The notes: generated by a model from the letters alone, not told the origin. 64,000 bases of DNA from Macrostomum hystrix (GCA_950097015.1 CATNEN010000038.1:17608001-17672000); one strand, 5' to 3'; shown: positions 22,991-37,900, counted from the stretch's first letter. Program-made: numbers and translations.

Positions 22991-25900
22991 TTATCGATTC
23001 GCTCCGCCGATTCTCGGCTCTCCGTTCTCGTCGTACTCGTCTAGAAAGCCGAGGTGCTCAGCCGCGGCCGCCTCCACAACTGCCCCGGCACCGACAGCGC
23101 CGTGCAGCTGCGGCGTCAGTTGATGCGGATTAAATGTTTAATTATCTTGCCTTCAATCAGGTGTTACACATAAATGGATAGCTCGTCCACTTGTAGCCTA
23201 TAGTCGCTAGATTTTTTCTATCTAACTAAAGCTAACGGAGGTGTGCCAAAAAAAAGAAATTTCATTGACTTACATCTGGCTGCGACACCGTCAGTCTGTA
23301 GTCATCTTCGCTGCCTTGCGGCGACAGGGACCTACGCCGCTCCTCGATGTTCAGATGCCGATAGGAAGCCACCCTGGGAATGGCCAAGAACCTATCGACG
23401 TCGTTCTCCGTGGGGCTGTCGTGCAGTTGGCCACCGCCAAGAACCTTCTTCTGCCATTTCTTCTGCCTGTTGAGCTCGATCCAGCGCTTGCGTTCCACCT
23501 CCTGTTAACAATTGTTTACAAATTTCATCTCTCCCGTGTCTCATCTCTCCCGTGTCTCATCTCTCCCGTGTCTCATCTCACCTGTGTCTCATCTCACCTG
23601 TGTCTCATCTCCCCTGTCTCATCTCTCCTGTGTCTCATCTCTCCTGTCTCATCTCTCCTGTGTCTCATCTCTCCTGTGTCTCATCTCTCCTGTCTCATCT
23701 CTCCTGTTTCTTATCTCTCCTGTCTCATCTCTCCTGTGTCTCATCTCTCCTGTGTCTCATCTCTCATGTCTCATCTCTCCTGTGTCTCATCTCTCCTGTC
23801 TCATCTCTCCAGTGTCTTATATCTTAAAGAGACTTTATATACATTTTATGCCAAGAAAATAAAGTGAAAGGAAGCAATAAAGTGGTGACAAAAACTCACT
23901 TCCTCCTTCTGGTGCTGCACCAGGTCTTTGACGTTTTGAAGCAGTTCGTCGATCTTTGACTCTGTCGAGTCGTCGTCCTTGGCTGACAGGCATAGCGCTC
24001 GGTTTAATGGAAAGAAGTCGAACTTCTCGTCGTTTAGCTGTGCATTGATTAGATTGTTGGGATTTCACATAAATTCATCAATTTTATCAGTTATAATCAA
24101 TTCCTGAGAAGCAGTGACAAGGTAAAATTCCTTGCCGATAAGGGAGGTGAGGTGAGATGAGACAGGGGAGTGTGACAGTAAAATGGGATAGGGGGAGAAA
24201 AGCTTACTTTAGGGGCCAAGGGAATTTAGAATTTAAGACTTATGGTGCCCGAATCTCGTCTGCGGGCCGATGGTTACTTACTGAAAGACTGCTGCAAAAA
24301 GGTCTATATTGGGGTTCAAAGTCTAGCAAAAAAACAAGCAACCTACCATTTTATAGACGTGCAGATCCAATGAAGTATAGTCATTCTTAGCCGTATCTTC
24401 CAGGTGAATAAAGAAGAAGATATAGGCCCACATGTTGTGCTCGTTGCGCACGTGATACTCGAAGCCCTGTCCGTGGTGCTCGAAGTCGTAGTTGTTGCGC
24501 GAGCAGATGAAGCAGCAGTTGCGCATGTCAGTTTCAGCTAGCCACTTCTTGTCGCGCAGCTGACTGAATGTGTCTACGATGATGCCAAAGATGATGTTCA
24601 AACCGATGGTGGTGATCAGGATAAAGAAGGTCACGTGGAAGAGTGCCATCCACACGTAGTGCTCAAAGGTTCGCTCTGTGGTTACTGGGGTGAGATTCTG
24701 CAAGAGATCGAGGTTTGATTTTTAGTAGTTTTTTTTCAGCTACGTTTTACTTTGAGAGGGGTCAGTGGCAGAGCGGTTAACGCGTTCGCCTCTCGCACCA
24801 AGGCTCCTGAGCTCGATTCAGCGGCGAGGCCACATTTATTTGCATTTTTTGCCCGTGAGTGCCAACCTCAAAGGCACAGTAAAAGTGTACACTGCCTCAT
24901 GATCAGAAATTAAGGGCAGATGCACACCTTTATGAGCGTATGTCTGCGTACCGTATAATAATAATGACAATAATTGCAGTGGAGCTGCGGGCAATGGCAC
25001 ATCATTTGTTGATACTAACCTGCCTGATTAAAACTTTCCTACCTGAATTTAAATCAAATACGCGCAGTGTCGTCAGGCAGTGTTAACTTCACTGTGCCTT
25101 GGAGGTCGGCCCTCAATGACGTAACTTGCACGACAAGCCCCTAAGCCTTCTCTCCGCGGCTGCGCCCCAAATGAATGTGGCCTCGCCGCGGAATCGAGCT
25201 CAGGGACCTTGGTGCGAGAGGCAAACGCGTTAACCGCTCTGCCAGTGACCCCCTTCTGCGTTTCGTATGTGTGAGTGTGAGCTCAGAAGCCCGCAGCCCT
25301 CCTGCAATTATAAAAAATCACGTTGGCACACTTGTTTAGCTTTTTTTCTGTTTCATCGCTGCATGATAGTTTGGTCCAGCCATTTAAATTTGCAAGCCAA
25401 TACAATACCTTTTGATTTTAGCATCAAATAGGGTTTGAAGGATTGAACTCACCTCAAAGAGGTCGCCAATTAAGCCAAATCGCAGCACGGTAACGAAGCA
25501 CTGGTACAGGTTGCCGCAGAACATCAGGCTCTCATCCGGGCGGAATCCGGCGCGAAATTTAGCAAAAGCGAGTACAGCGTACAGGTACATGATTACAATG
25601 CCGAGGACGGACACCCAGATCAGGGAGAGGCCTGCGTGGTGGATCGATAGGTGGGGTCCGGTTTTACGCGTGTTCAATCAGTTTCCGGACTATATGAAAC
25701 AACTTCTCTATGAATTAGCTCATAATGTACGTCCGTAGAATACATATACAAAGTTTACTCATCTAATGTAAAGTCGCAATCTGTCTCACACAATTTAATT
25801 TCAAATTCATCCATCCACCGTTCCCAAGCCCATCTACAATGGATCGCTCATTGGAGAGTGACGTGACGATTTACGACTACAAAAGTTGTCTGACTCAGAC

Positions 25901-28900
25901 AAGAGAGCTTAGCAACATGGCGCGTCCCAGAACAGCCATTTCGGGAATGGTTCGTTGAATCTCGTTAGATTTAGCCGTCGCTCTAAAACGAGGCTCGAGA
26001 GCGACGACCCTTAAGCTCCACAACCGATGAAAATTTAGCCGCTGTAGTGCCAGCACTGATTGAAAAAGATCCTGGAAGGACGGTACAACAACTGGCACAA
26101 CTAGCATTTCATCAGGAAGCTTTTCCACCATTCTTCATGAAAGGCTTCGGCTAAGCAAGGTATCCTCCCCCGAGGTGCCAAGCCATTTTTGACAGTTCGA
26201 CGGGGTATGGTAACCAAGCTCTCAAAGATGGTCCTGTTCCGAAGCCAAGCAGATGGTTGCTGCATGCCTTCATGGCTCATTGAGGTCTGATCCCGCTGGT
26301 AACACAGATGACACTGACTGCATGTGACAAAATGCATGCTCTAGGTGCTAGAGCATCTAAGGACTCAAAGGACTCAAACGAGAGGCGTCTAAGGACTCAA
26401 ACACGTGGCCTGTGCCAGGACAGCCCAGACCTGGCCCCGCGCGACTTTTTTTGTCCCGTCGTTTAAAGAGCCTTGCTCAAAGGAGTTCAGTTTGAGTCGC
26501 CAGCACGGGGCAGTCCAGCACTTTCGCAGTCACTCAGTACGAGTGAACCGGCTGCTTTACTACGTGGTTTGAAAGGAAGAGGAAGTGGATCTAAGCTACT
26601 GGGGAGTACTTTGAAAAGTCCTGAGAAGTATTTTTTCGACGCTTTTTTAATTCCACGTATCAGGAATTTTTTCAATACCCTAAGTTCACGAACTAGTTCA
26701 CGGGACGATCGCAATAAAAAATTTTCTTGATGAAACTAGACGCCAGACTTGAATTCTTACTTACCATTGGTCGTCACCGCCTGAATGACGCCCTGTAGCA
26801 TCTGATTGTTGTTGACAATGTTCAGCAGGTGAAAAGCAAAGAAGTACGGACTGTAGAAGGTCCCGGCAAAGGAACAGCCGACAAACACCAGGTAGTAGAG
26901 CGTCTGGATTGAGAACAACCGCACCGAGAGTTTGTCCTGGCCTCGCTGCTCCTGCAGGTCGTCGACTTCGTCCAGCTCTTTGCGTCGCCAGCTTCGCAGC
27001 TTCCTCACCAAAGCCGCCACCTCCGGTGGCCTCGGATGATTGGCCACAAAGAAGGCCAAGAGCAGCACCAGAGCCAGGGCGTCCAGCGTGTAGGCGAATG
27101 CCTGCATCCACTCGGACAGCCTAGGATAGGCCGCCTTCCACTGGCCAGTTGAGCTAAATGCGTTTTAACAAGGTACTCAAGCTGATGGACTTAGCACAGA
27201 AAAGTTCTGGGTCAGTCATACATGTAGTATGCCCGGGCCAGTTTTCCATGATAGTAGATAGACCACGGGTGGTATCTATCATTTTTTGGTATCTCCCAAA
27301 ATATTCAAACAATCGGCATGAAATTCCAGAACACGGTCATAAAACATCGGCATCGTCGAGATATATTAACGTCTCTTGTCGGGGTGTCTGGTGGCAAAAA
27401 TCCACCAATACGAGTATAGGCAAATCATTTAACCTTGTCGGCTGTTGTTTTTAATTCTTTTGTACTGATTTTTTTAATTGAACCAATATGGATTCGTCAT
27501 AGAAGTTTATACAGAGCAAGGTCAGTTGTCCTTGTCACCATCTCGGCAAGGCTGATGTCGGACGGCTTTCAAAGTTAGTTCATCGTAAAAAGCGGAAAAT
27601 TTTTATCCATAATATGAACTTTCACGAAAATCAGTCAAGATCGGTTTCGAAGCGATCGTGAAGTAGGCAGTGGGTGTTTGAAATCCCCCGGGATCCTTCA
27701 GCAGGGGGGGGGATTGCGTAACCTTTCTACTGCTAAAGCTCCTCCTTGTACTTCTTCTGCAGAGACGGTCTATAGTCAACCGGGCTAGCTTGTTAAGAAA
27801 AATAATTTCTTAACCCGGCGCCCGCACCCCTTTTAAAATTTGGTACATGCACATTGAGTTCCCATTCCTATTGGTTCCCTAATAATGAGTAAATAGATAT
27901 GATATTTGTACGATAACCACGTGACCCTGATGCTCTATCTAACCGCATACCTGTAGGCAGGAGCTGTAGCATTCGTGACATTTTCTATTGTGGTGACGTT
28001 TCCACCGCCGCCACCAGCGGCCGCCGCTGCAGCTTCGGGAGCCTCCAGCCCGATCAGCATGATGACGTTCAGCACAACGGCAACCAGAGTGGCCAAGTGA
28101 TTCCAGATCATCCAGAATCTGGTCAGCGAGATGGTCACCGGGTTTGACAACACCTTCTTCTGATAGTGAATGTCGTTCAGGATAGCCTTAGTCCAGTCCA
28201 TGAAGTCACGAATTTTCGTGCTAGACGAGTTTCGATCGACGCTCCATTTTAGTTTTTCTTTGACTTCTTCGCGAAGGACGTTCTGCCAATATAGAACACC
28301 GGCAGAGATAGGGATGTTAACAGATATGACTGGTCACTGTAGATGACTAAGGTAAGGTAACCAGTCTGTTACCTTATTTCGCACTCGAAAGTGCATCCTC
28401 TGCAGATTGTCCCCTTTGACAATCTCGATGGTCATGGAGTTCTTCTTGAACAGCTTGAACGCCTTCTGTTGCACTTCGGTGATTCGGAGCTCTGAAAAGG
28501 TTATTATATGCGTAGACAAGCATGTTAATGAATGTATTCGTAATTGTACTCGCAGTCAGTGAAGTACAACTGAGGTATCATAATCGGCTAATCATTTAAT
28601 CACCGCCCACGCGAAAGACGTTGATCGACTTTTAAAAGTCACATTTTTTGTTAAACTGGAATCTATCTACAGATAAAAAATCTGGACAAGCGAGGTGGTC
28701 CACGTAATTCTACTCATTCCACGCAACTAAAAAGCACAGACAAGCATTCATTTACGCGTTCCCATGTCGTCATAGGCACAAAATTAGCAAACTTATGGCT
28801 TTTGGTTTGACAATTGGATGGACGCTTTCACAAACACTTTAACAACATCTATGTATCGTAGTGACAGTAGAAATCTAAATTTGAATATACATTACCGCAA

Positions 28901-31900
28901 CTATTCAAAGGCGCTTTCAGAGGCTGCGTACAGCTGTTCTGTCCGTGGACAGGGGAGGCCTTCACACAAGCGCAAAATTCTACACTGCAGCTAATGCTGG
29001 CACCAATTTCACAACTGTGATAGCTGGGAAAGCAATAGGAAATTAATGCCTTGCTCAAGTCTACCTAATTGAGCTGAGGTTTGAACTCCCGACCTTCCAG
29101 TCTTTTAACACCCCGAAGTCGTTAAATTTTCTGATGATCGTAAAAATAAAACGATAAGAAAGTAATTTTTTAACGTCTAGATTGAAACGCCATACAAGTG
29201 TTATAGAAGCAATTCTGGAAATAAAATTCTTATTATTTGAAAAGCGACTCAAACAACTTTAAACAGCTGTTAATAAACAATTGAGCAAAGTATCAATGTG
29301 TTTGCGTTTCTACAAAACCAGGAGACCGATTAGTATCTCTATTTTTAATGATCTGATCGGCATCGTCCCATATTGCGCCGTTCAATTTAATAAGTCTATC
29401 TGTTCATTGTAATGACTCACAGACAAAATGCATAAATATATTCGTTCATTCTTTGTCATTTTACATGACTTTAAATATAAACATGAAGCTTAACCCTTTT
29501 CAGCATGCTCACACTAACATACTTTACGAAAAGCTTTTTATTTCATGACTCGAAACTGAAATTCAACTGAGATTGATATAAATTCTCCGTAGGAAATCAC
29601 ATCACTTTATAATATAGGAATAAAAGCGGCATCTGATATTTAAAAAAAAGTTAAATTTTAACACGACTGTTGTCGCAAAACTTATTGATCAATACGGACT
29701 TAAATGCGAAAAAAACCACGTTACTAGTGTACTAGAAGGTCAGGCTTGGACTAGCTGACGCTGTCACTACGAACCTTCAGCTGACAATTAAAAGTAGGAA
29801 TACCAAGCTACGAGCTCCGGGGGTCGGTGGCAGAGCGGTTAACGTGTTTGCCTCTCGCACCAAGGTCCCAAAGTTCGATTACCCGGCGAGGCCACAGTCA
29901 TTTGGGGCGCAGCCGCGGAAAGAAGGCCTTGGTGGCTTGTGGTGCAATTTACGCCCTTGAGGGTCAACCACCAAGGCACAGTGAAATGTACACTGCCTGA
30001 CGACGAGAAAGTCAGGGCAAATGTACACATCTGTGTGAGCGTATGCCTACGTATGGTATCTGTGTGTGTGTGCTCAGGAGTCAGCGAAATGGGCAGTATT
30101 GCCTCCTCGCTCGCTGCGGATCTAGTGTCACTTAATGATGTGCCATTGCCCGCAGCCCTCCTGCAATCACTATATTATATTATCAGATAACTCCCATTCG
30201 AATTTTTTGCTGCGGCTGAAAAAAGTCACGACACCGCCATGCAGCGACTTTTCGAATACAATTTGTTATTTCACTTGGCCGAATGTGGCTTGTTAAGCGA
30301 GATTTGAAAAATTCTAAACCCAAGTGCTGTGCCACCGGCTGAAACTGTTGAATTTCCAGAAGATCCACGCCTAGTAGAAGACCAGTGGACACCCAATAAC
30401 GACTGAAGTAACGTATATATATATAGAATGTATATATATGCAACACTCGTGCTTTTTGGGAAAAAGGTTTAAGGGCCACAAGTTGTCCGGAAAAGTAAAT
30501 AGCAAATTTACGTTTTGTACTGCCTGAGTTATGCAAACTATTTTTCATAATTTATTACACCTGCCCAATTAGACCAATGTGCAGCCGACAGCACAGCAGC
30601 AGCTATTGTACGGCACATATTAAGGCTGCGTATCGCTGTTCAGTCCATGGACTGGTTGGCGCCACGTACATTGGGAGTACCAATTAAACAGCTGGGTAAA
30701 CTATTTAGTTTCTTAATGCAGAGTTAAGTTTCTTGCTAAAGGACACAAATTATTTGTTCGGAGTCGTGAATCGAACCTCCGACCTTCAAGTCGTGAGTCC
30801 TACGCTCTAAACCACTAGGCTACAACCCCATCGAAGAGTCTTAGCATTATTATACGTTAGTATTTAATAGATACAAAGTGCATAGTAGATACTAAACTGA
30901 ACTGTATGTTTCAGCAAGTCCTAATGGTATTATATAGTTCGGTGGAGTACACTTTTATGGTCCCAGCAAAATACATACTAAAACATTTTCCATAGTCCAT
31001 TTCGAGTTCTGCGGGCTTCTACTCTAGTATTCCATGTAGACACTAAAGACTAAGATGCTGCAGACGCACTTGGTGTCTTGGTTGACAAGCTGATCAAATT
31101 TCAAAGCTTGGCACCAGCTGTACTGATGTCAGATTTGAAAACAAAAAAACTGACAATAAACGATCCTCTCCTATCCTACCCGTCTGTTTTACAAATGGTG
31201 GTCCTTAATTGGGCCGTTTTATATGTTCGTGCTAGAGTAGGCGCGTGCTTGAGTGAGGGCGGCGAGTTCTCATCCATTTTTTTGCTCTGTTCAGACGCAG
31301 CAAAAAATTATCAGGTGGAAGTTCCACTTGATACTTCTACTATTAAGCCATTCTCAGGTATCGAAACCTACAGGACACACGGACATAGACTACTAAACAA
31401 AGATTTAACCGGCGAACATCGTGCTCAATGAAACATACCTCTTCCATAGGGATCTGAATCTGCAAGCAAAGCAGGGGGTGGCGCGCGTGTCCGAACAGGT
31501 GCACTTTAACAAACAATGTCCGGAGGTTTTTGCACCGATTTCAAATCGCAGACCTTTTCAAAAGTGAAAATAGTCACGTGATTTGCTCGTACAGTCCTAA
31601 TTTAAGTAGAATATGCATAATTTTTCCGTTGATTTTACACTAAATCTAGCCTGACAATATGGCAAACTAATTAATCTCACCTTTCTTTCCCATCAGCGGA
31701 TCAATGTCGTAAAGGCGGGCCAGAATCACGTAGAACGAGAAGCCGACATCGAAAACCAACTCCATGAGCTCCTTCCTATCCTCTTTGGCCTGTTAATGTG
31801 GTACACAATGCACAACAAAAAAGTAATAATTTAGTATTTGGTGCCTCTTGCACCATGGTCCCTAAGCTCGATTCCGCGGCGAGGCCACATTTATTTGTGG

Positions 31901-34900
31901 TGCAGCCGCGGAGAGAAGGCTTGGGGGCTTGTCTTGTAATTGACCTCCTTGAGGGGCAATCCTCCAAGGCACAGTGAGAGTGTACACACCTGTGTGAGTG
32001 TGTGTCTGTGTAAAGTATCTGTACGCCTGTGTGCTCAGGAGTCAGCGAAATGGGCAGAACTGGCTCCTCGCTGACTGTGGGTTTACTGTGCCATGGCCCA
32101 CAGCCCTCGTGCAATTAATAGATTTGTGTTGTTGGTGGCGTTAAATCAATGAAAATGGGTGTAATGTGGGCGGCATATCAAAGAAAAGAATAGCAGTAAA
32201 GGCGGCCCATCCAAGAAACGAATAGCAGTAAAGGCGGCCCATCAAAGAAACGAATAGCAGTAAAGGCGGCATATGAAAGAAATGAATAGCAGTAAAGGCG
32301 GCATATCAAAGAAACGAATAGCAGTAAAGGCGGCCCATCAAAGAAACGAATAGCAGTAAAGGCGGCATATGAAAGAAATGAATAGCAGTAAAGGCGGCAT
32401 ATCAAAGAAACGAATAGCAGTAAAGGCGGCCCATCAAAGAAACGAATAGCAGTAAAGTCGGCCCATCAAAGAAACGAATAGCAGTAAAGGCGGCACATCA
32501 AAGAAACGAATAGCAATAAAGGCGGCCCATCCAAGAAACGTATAGCAGTAAAGGCGGCATTTGAAAGAAACGTATAGCAGTAAAGGCGGCATATGAAAGA
32601 AATGAATAGCAGTAAAGTCGGCCCATCAAAGAAACGAATAGCAGTAAAGGCGGCCCATCTAAGAAACGAATAGCAGTAAAGGCGGCCCATCAAAGAAACG
32701 AATAGCAGTAAAGGCGGCCCATCAAAGAAACGAATAGCAGTAAAGGCGGCCCATCAAAGAAATGAATAGCAGTAAAGGCGGCAAGTTAAATTAATAGTTG
32801 CAAAAGGCGGGACATCAAAGAAATAACGTCTGTAGAATGTGACACATTCAAAATGTAATTTTAAAAAAGAATGAATGAGATGTGAATGGGGTGGAAAGAA
32901 GTCAATCAAAGGCCCGTAAAAAATATAAAGATAACGGTGGCACTTTATTGCCGAATCATCTCAAAATTTGGTCTCACCAAAAGTCTCCGAAACAGTCCAC
33001 CGCCTTCCTTTCCATCGTTGAGTTGCATCTCGTAGCACTCGGCCATGACCCGGTAGAGCGCGCCCTTGTCCAGAGTGTCCTTAACCTCCCGGGCGATGAC
33101 AATGGCCTCAGGTGAGTTTTCTTCAATCAGCGAGATCACTAGATTAGCAATGGACTGGCGCAGCTGGGCGATTTGAGCCACGCTGCAGGCTTCAAAGTCT
33201 GAGCTGCGCAGAATGAAGTTGATGTAGTCGATGATCTTGTTGTCGTACACAGTGGCCCGATTCTCTTGGTTGCCCTAATAGTTTTGGATTGAGGTGGCGG
33301 CTTCGGAGTGACGTGATTGGTTCGGAGTGAGGTGGTTGGCTTAATCTAAGGAGGCGGTTTGGAGTGAGGTGGCGGTTCGGATTGAGGTGGTGTTTTGGAT
33401 TGAGGTGGTGTTTTGGATTGAGGTGGTGTTTTGGATTGAGGTGGCGGCTTCGGAGTGAGGTGGTTGGTTCGGAGTGAGGTGGTTGGCTTAATCTAAGGAG
33501 GCGGTTTGGAGTGAGGTGGCGGTTCGGATTAAGGTGGTGTTTTGGATTGAGGTGGTGTTTTGGATTGAGGTGGTGTTTTGGATTGAGGTGGTGTTTTGGA
33601 TTGAGGTGGTGGTTTGGAGTGAGGTGATGTTTTGGAGTGAGGTGGCGGTTCGGATTGAGGTGGTGTTTTGGATTGAGGTGGTGGTTTGGATTGAGGTGGT
33701 GGTTTGGAGTGAGGTGATGTTTTGGATTGAGGTGGCGGTTCGGATTGAGGTGGTGTTTTGGATTGAGGTGGTGGTTTGGATTGAGGTGGTGGTTTGGAGT
33801 GAGGTGGTGGTTTGGAGTGAGGTGGTGTTTTGGAGTGAGGTGGTGTTTTGGATTGAGGTGGTGTTTTGGATTGAGGTGGTGTTTTGGATTGAGGTGGTGG
33901 TTTGGAGTGAGGTGATGTTTTGGAGTGAGGTGGCGGTTCGGATTGAGGTGGTGTTTTGGATTGAGGTGGTGTTTTGGATTGAGGTGGTGGTTTGGAGTGA
34001 GGTGGTGGTTTGGAGTGAGGTGATGTTTTGGAGTGAGGTGGCGGTTCGGATTGAGGTGGCGGTTTGGATTGAGGTGGTGGTTTGGAGTGAGGTGATGTTT
34101 TGGAGTGAGGTGGTGTTTTGGATTGAGGTGGTGGTTTGGAGTGAGGTGATGTTTTGGAGTGAGGTGGCGGTTCGGATTGAGGTGGTGTTTGGATTGAGGT
34201 GGTGTTTTGGATTGAGGTGGCGGTTTTGAGTGAGGTGGTGTTTTGTAGTGAGGTGGCATTTTAGATTGAGGTGGCGGGTCTGGAAGGCTTTTTGGCCGAA
34301 GCCTTGTATTCCGCAAGGTACGAGTACTTACCAGATTAATTAAGTGATAAATGAGCTACATATACGGCCGGGGTATTGGCATTTTGGGACTATGCAGTTG
34401 GGCTATAATTCATGAGAAAGTCGAGAATTCAGTAGCAAGGAAAGGAGAGCAGTCAATTCACGAACCGCGCAGAACTCGTTGACAGTGGAAAATAGCTGAA
34501 TTAGCAAGTCGATGGTGTCAGCGTTGATGTTAGCGTAGGCCACGTTGATAAACTGGGACACCTCCGCAACGATGTTGAACGACTTCACATTGTCCGGCTG
34601 TTCACGTAGGTAATTCTGCAGTCCCAGGTGTTGGCCATCGCAGATGCGGGCTAGCACCTTGAGGACTAGGCCGATGTAGCCGTCGTCCTTCATAGAGATC
34701 TTCCAGTCTTGCTCGGAATCACCCATGCCGGATGCTGAGTTGACGTCCTGATTGATAGAAGACATCACTTCGCATCGTGGTTAATACTGTACTTAATAAT
34801 GGTTAATAATGGCACTTTATCTAGTGAGAGTCGACCTGTAACCAGCAAAGAGTCGATTTAGCCCATTCCGCTGACTCCTGAGCACACAGACGAACACGAA

Positions 34901-37900
34901 TACAGTACGCATGACTTCATTTCATTGTCAGGCATTGTACACTCTTAGTGCGGCTTGGCCCTTATTTGTGTTAAATAGCAGGGCAAGCCCCAAAGCCTTC
35001 TCTGCGTGACTTCACCTTAAATGTATGTGGCTTCGGCGCGGATTCGAGCTCAGGGACCTTGGTGCGAAAAATCGGACATGCTGCCGTTCAGAAAATCAAC
35101 GCCCATTGTATTTTAGATTTACTTTAACAGGTAGTAAAATATAACTAATTATACCTGCCCCATTGAGTCACATGTGCAGCCGACAGCACAGCCTATTGCG
35201 CTGTGCGAAGGACATCTCACAATCCTATAATTGGTACCCATTTAACAGCTGGGTGAACTTAAGCAATGCAGAGTTAGGTGTCTAACTAATAGACACAATT
35301 GTTCCAGTGGAGTCGGGATTTGAACAACGGACCTTCAAGTCGCGAGTAGATACCGACCTTCTGAGGCCTGGTTTTATGAAGTTCCACAGAATCTTACCCT
35401 TGAGCCAGGAGTGCCACCGCCGCCGGCGCCGGCGCCGCAGCCTCCGTTGCTTCGATCGAGCAGTCGCTGCCTAGCAGAAGCCGAATCCCTTTCGGAACCC
35501 ACAGTGCCATTCGCAAAGGCCACAGACTTCTTCTTGCTTCCGCCCCCGTTTCCGCCGCTGCCGCCGCCGCCGCCGCCGCCGCCAGAGCCGATTCCATTGC
35601 CGCCGCTGTCTCCGTGGTCGCCGTGTGCGCCGTTGCCGCAGCGACGCTTTGACATCGAGGCGGACTGCATCTGCGTTAGACTCACTCGACGCTGAAGTGA
35701 AGATGATAAAGAAGGTTCGTTCTAAATTTTGAAATAATTCGATATAGTTGACAGTTTCCGATAAATACAATTTTTAAGGATAAAGTTTTACGTATTGTAT
35801 CTAATAGATGCTAATAGATGAGTCGGCGTGAAGTACGTGCAATTATGGAATAAGCAAGCATCTCTGATTGGTCGGTTCAATGGATTCAAAGGGCTGATTA
35901 TTCCGCCCTTTGCCGAGTCGGCTGCAGAGTCGCTGATTGGCTGATAAGTTCAACAGTTTTAAATGTGCGATTTCTCTGCCGAGTCAGGCAGCGGACGTAG
36001 CTGATTGGCTGGTAGGTTCAACAGTTTTAAATGTGCGATTTCTCTGCAGAGTCAGGCAGCGAAAGTAGCTGATTGGCTGGTAGGTTCAACAGTTTTAAAT
36101 GTGCGATTTCTCTGCAGAGTCAGGCAGCGAAAGTAGCTGATTGGCTGGTAGGTTCAACAGTTTTAAATGTGCGATTTCTCTGCAGAGTCAGGCAGCGAAA
36201 GTAGCTGATTGGCTGGTAGGTTCAACAGTTTTAAATGTGCGATTTCTCTGCAGAGTCAGGCAGCGAAAGTAGCTGATTGGCTGGTAGGTTCAACAGTTTT
36301 AAATGTGCGATTTCTCTGCAGAGTCAGGCAGCGAACGTAGCTGATTGGTTGTTGAAGACGAGATATTTGAAATTTTAGCCTTTTTGCAAAATTAAAGTAT
36401 GAAGATCTGTCATTGGTTGACAAGGGACAAATGACCTAGTTCAAGATTATTAATTAGTAACATCTAATTTCAACAAATCATCAGGAAATTGTCTCTAGAG
36501 TGAAGCCAAAATTAGTGCATGTACAAAATAAAAATAAAGCTAAACTATTTATTCACAGATTTACTCTAACTGAAGGCATAAAAATGATCACAGAAACACA
36601 CAAGGGAGTTAAAAAACTTCTGAAAAGTAATATTTTCATTACGTCAACCAAAAGCGTTGTGACGTAAAGAACTAACTGTTTACTCAAATCCCGTAAATTT
36701 TGTTTTACTTCTGACCACGAGAAAGAAGTTAAGAATATCGAATGCAGACAAGTCAGTTAAAAAATAAATGGGTTACATATTTGTTAGTTCGGATTTCTTA
36801 ATTAGACAGCTGAAATCTCATTAATTATTTGAGTAGGTTCAGGGGGGTAAAAATAGCTAATTACTCGGAACTAAATGTAGTTACCAGTGCGTCCTGCAAC
36901 AATTTGTTAGTTTGAATTAGGCTTGAAAAGTTAAATATAATAATTTTTCTGTTAGAAAAACATTCAATTCAATTTCACTTAAATCAAAGACTTACAGTGA
37001 GATCATTATTAGTCTGTTCAATTTTCATCTCCAGGTGGTATTGCTGAATTTGCTGCAATTTTTTGTAATTTTATGTGGTTTTGTGTACCTTTTATACAGC
37101 AGTTTTGTGTACTTTAAAACAGTTTTGTGTACTTTTATACAGTTTTGTGTACTTTTATACAGTTTTGTGTACTTTTATACGGTTTTGTGTACTTTCATAC
37201 AGTTTGGTATACTTTTATACAGTTTTGTGTACTTTATGAATATGATCTAACGGTGTTACCTGAAGAGCTTTGACCCCTAGTGTCATTGTTGTTCGAAGAT
37301 TATCAGCTTGACTTTTCGCGTCTAACAAGCGTGCCCTCTGCTGCGAGATTAGCAATCGTTTCTCTTTGATGTTGGCGGTGGACATTTGCATGCGATTGCG
37401 CACCGCGTAGAAAAATACCTCCTCTTTAGTGTGAAGGAAGTAGTGCAGCATGCTTTGCTGCAAGTGTTTTTTTGGAAAATATCGATTTTTTAAGAGTTTG
37501 GTGTCGACATTCAGCTAATGATAAAATGGAACTGTTAGTTAATGTTTGCTGATGGTAAAGGGTCTGATTGGAGAAGGAGTGAGGTGGGTGCCCGCTCGGA
37601 TTCTGATTGGAGGCGGAGTGAGGTTGGGTGCCCGCTCTGATTCTGATAGGATGCGGAGTGAGGTTGGGTGCCCGCTATGATTCTGATAGGAGGAGGAGTG
37701 AGGTTGGGTGCCCGCTATGACTCTGATCGAATGCGGCATGAGGTGCAGGGTGTCCGCTCTGATTCTGATTGGATGCGGAGTGAGGTTGGTGCCCGCTATG
37801 ATTCTGATAGGAGGAGGAGTGAGGTTGGGTGCCCGCTATGACTCTTATTGAATGCGGCATGAGGTGGGTGTCCGCTCTGATTCTGATTTGAGGCGGAGTG

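Noticed and set aside
33192-34316. His/Pro-rich 374-aa ORF and antisense ORFs
   Set aside because: 18-bp minisatellite artefact.
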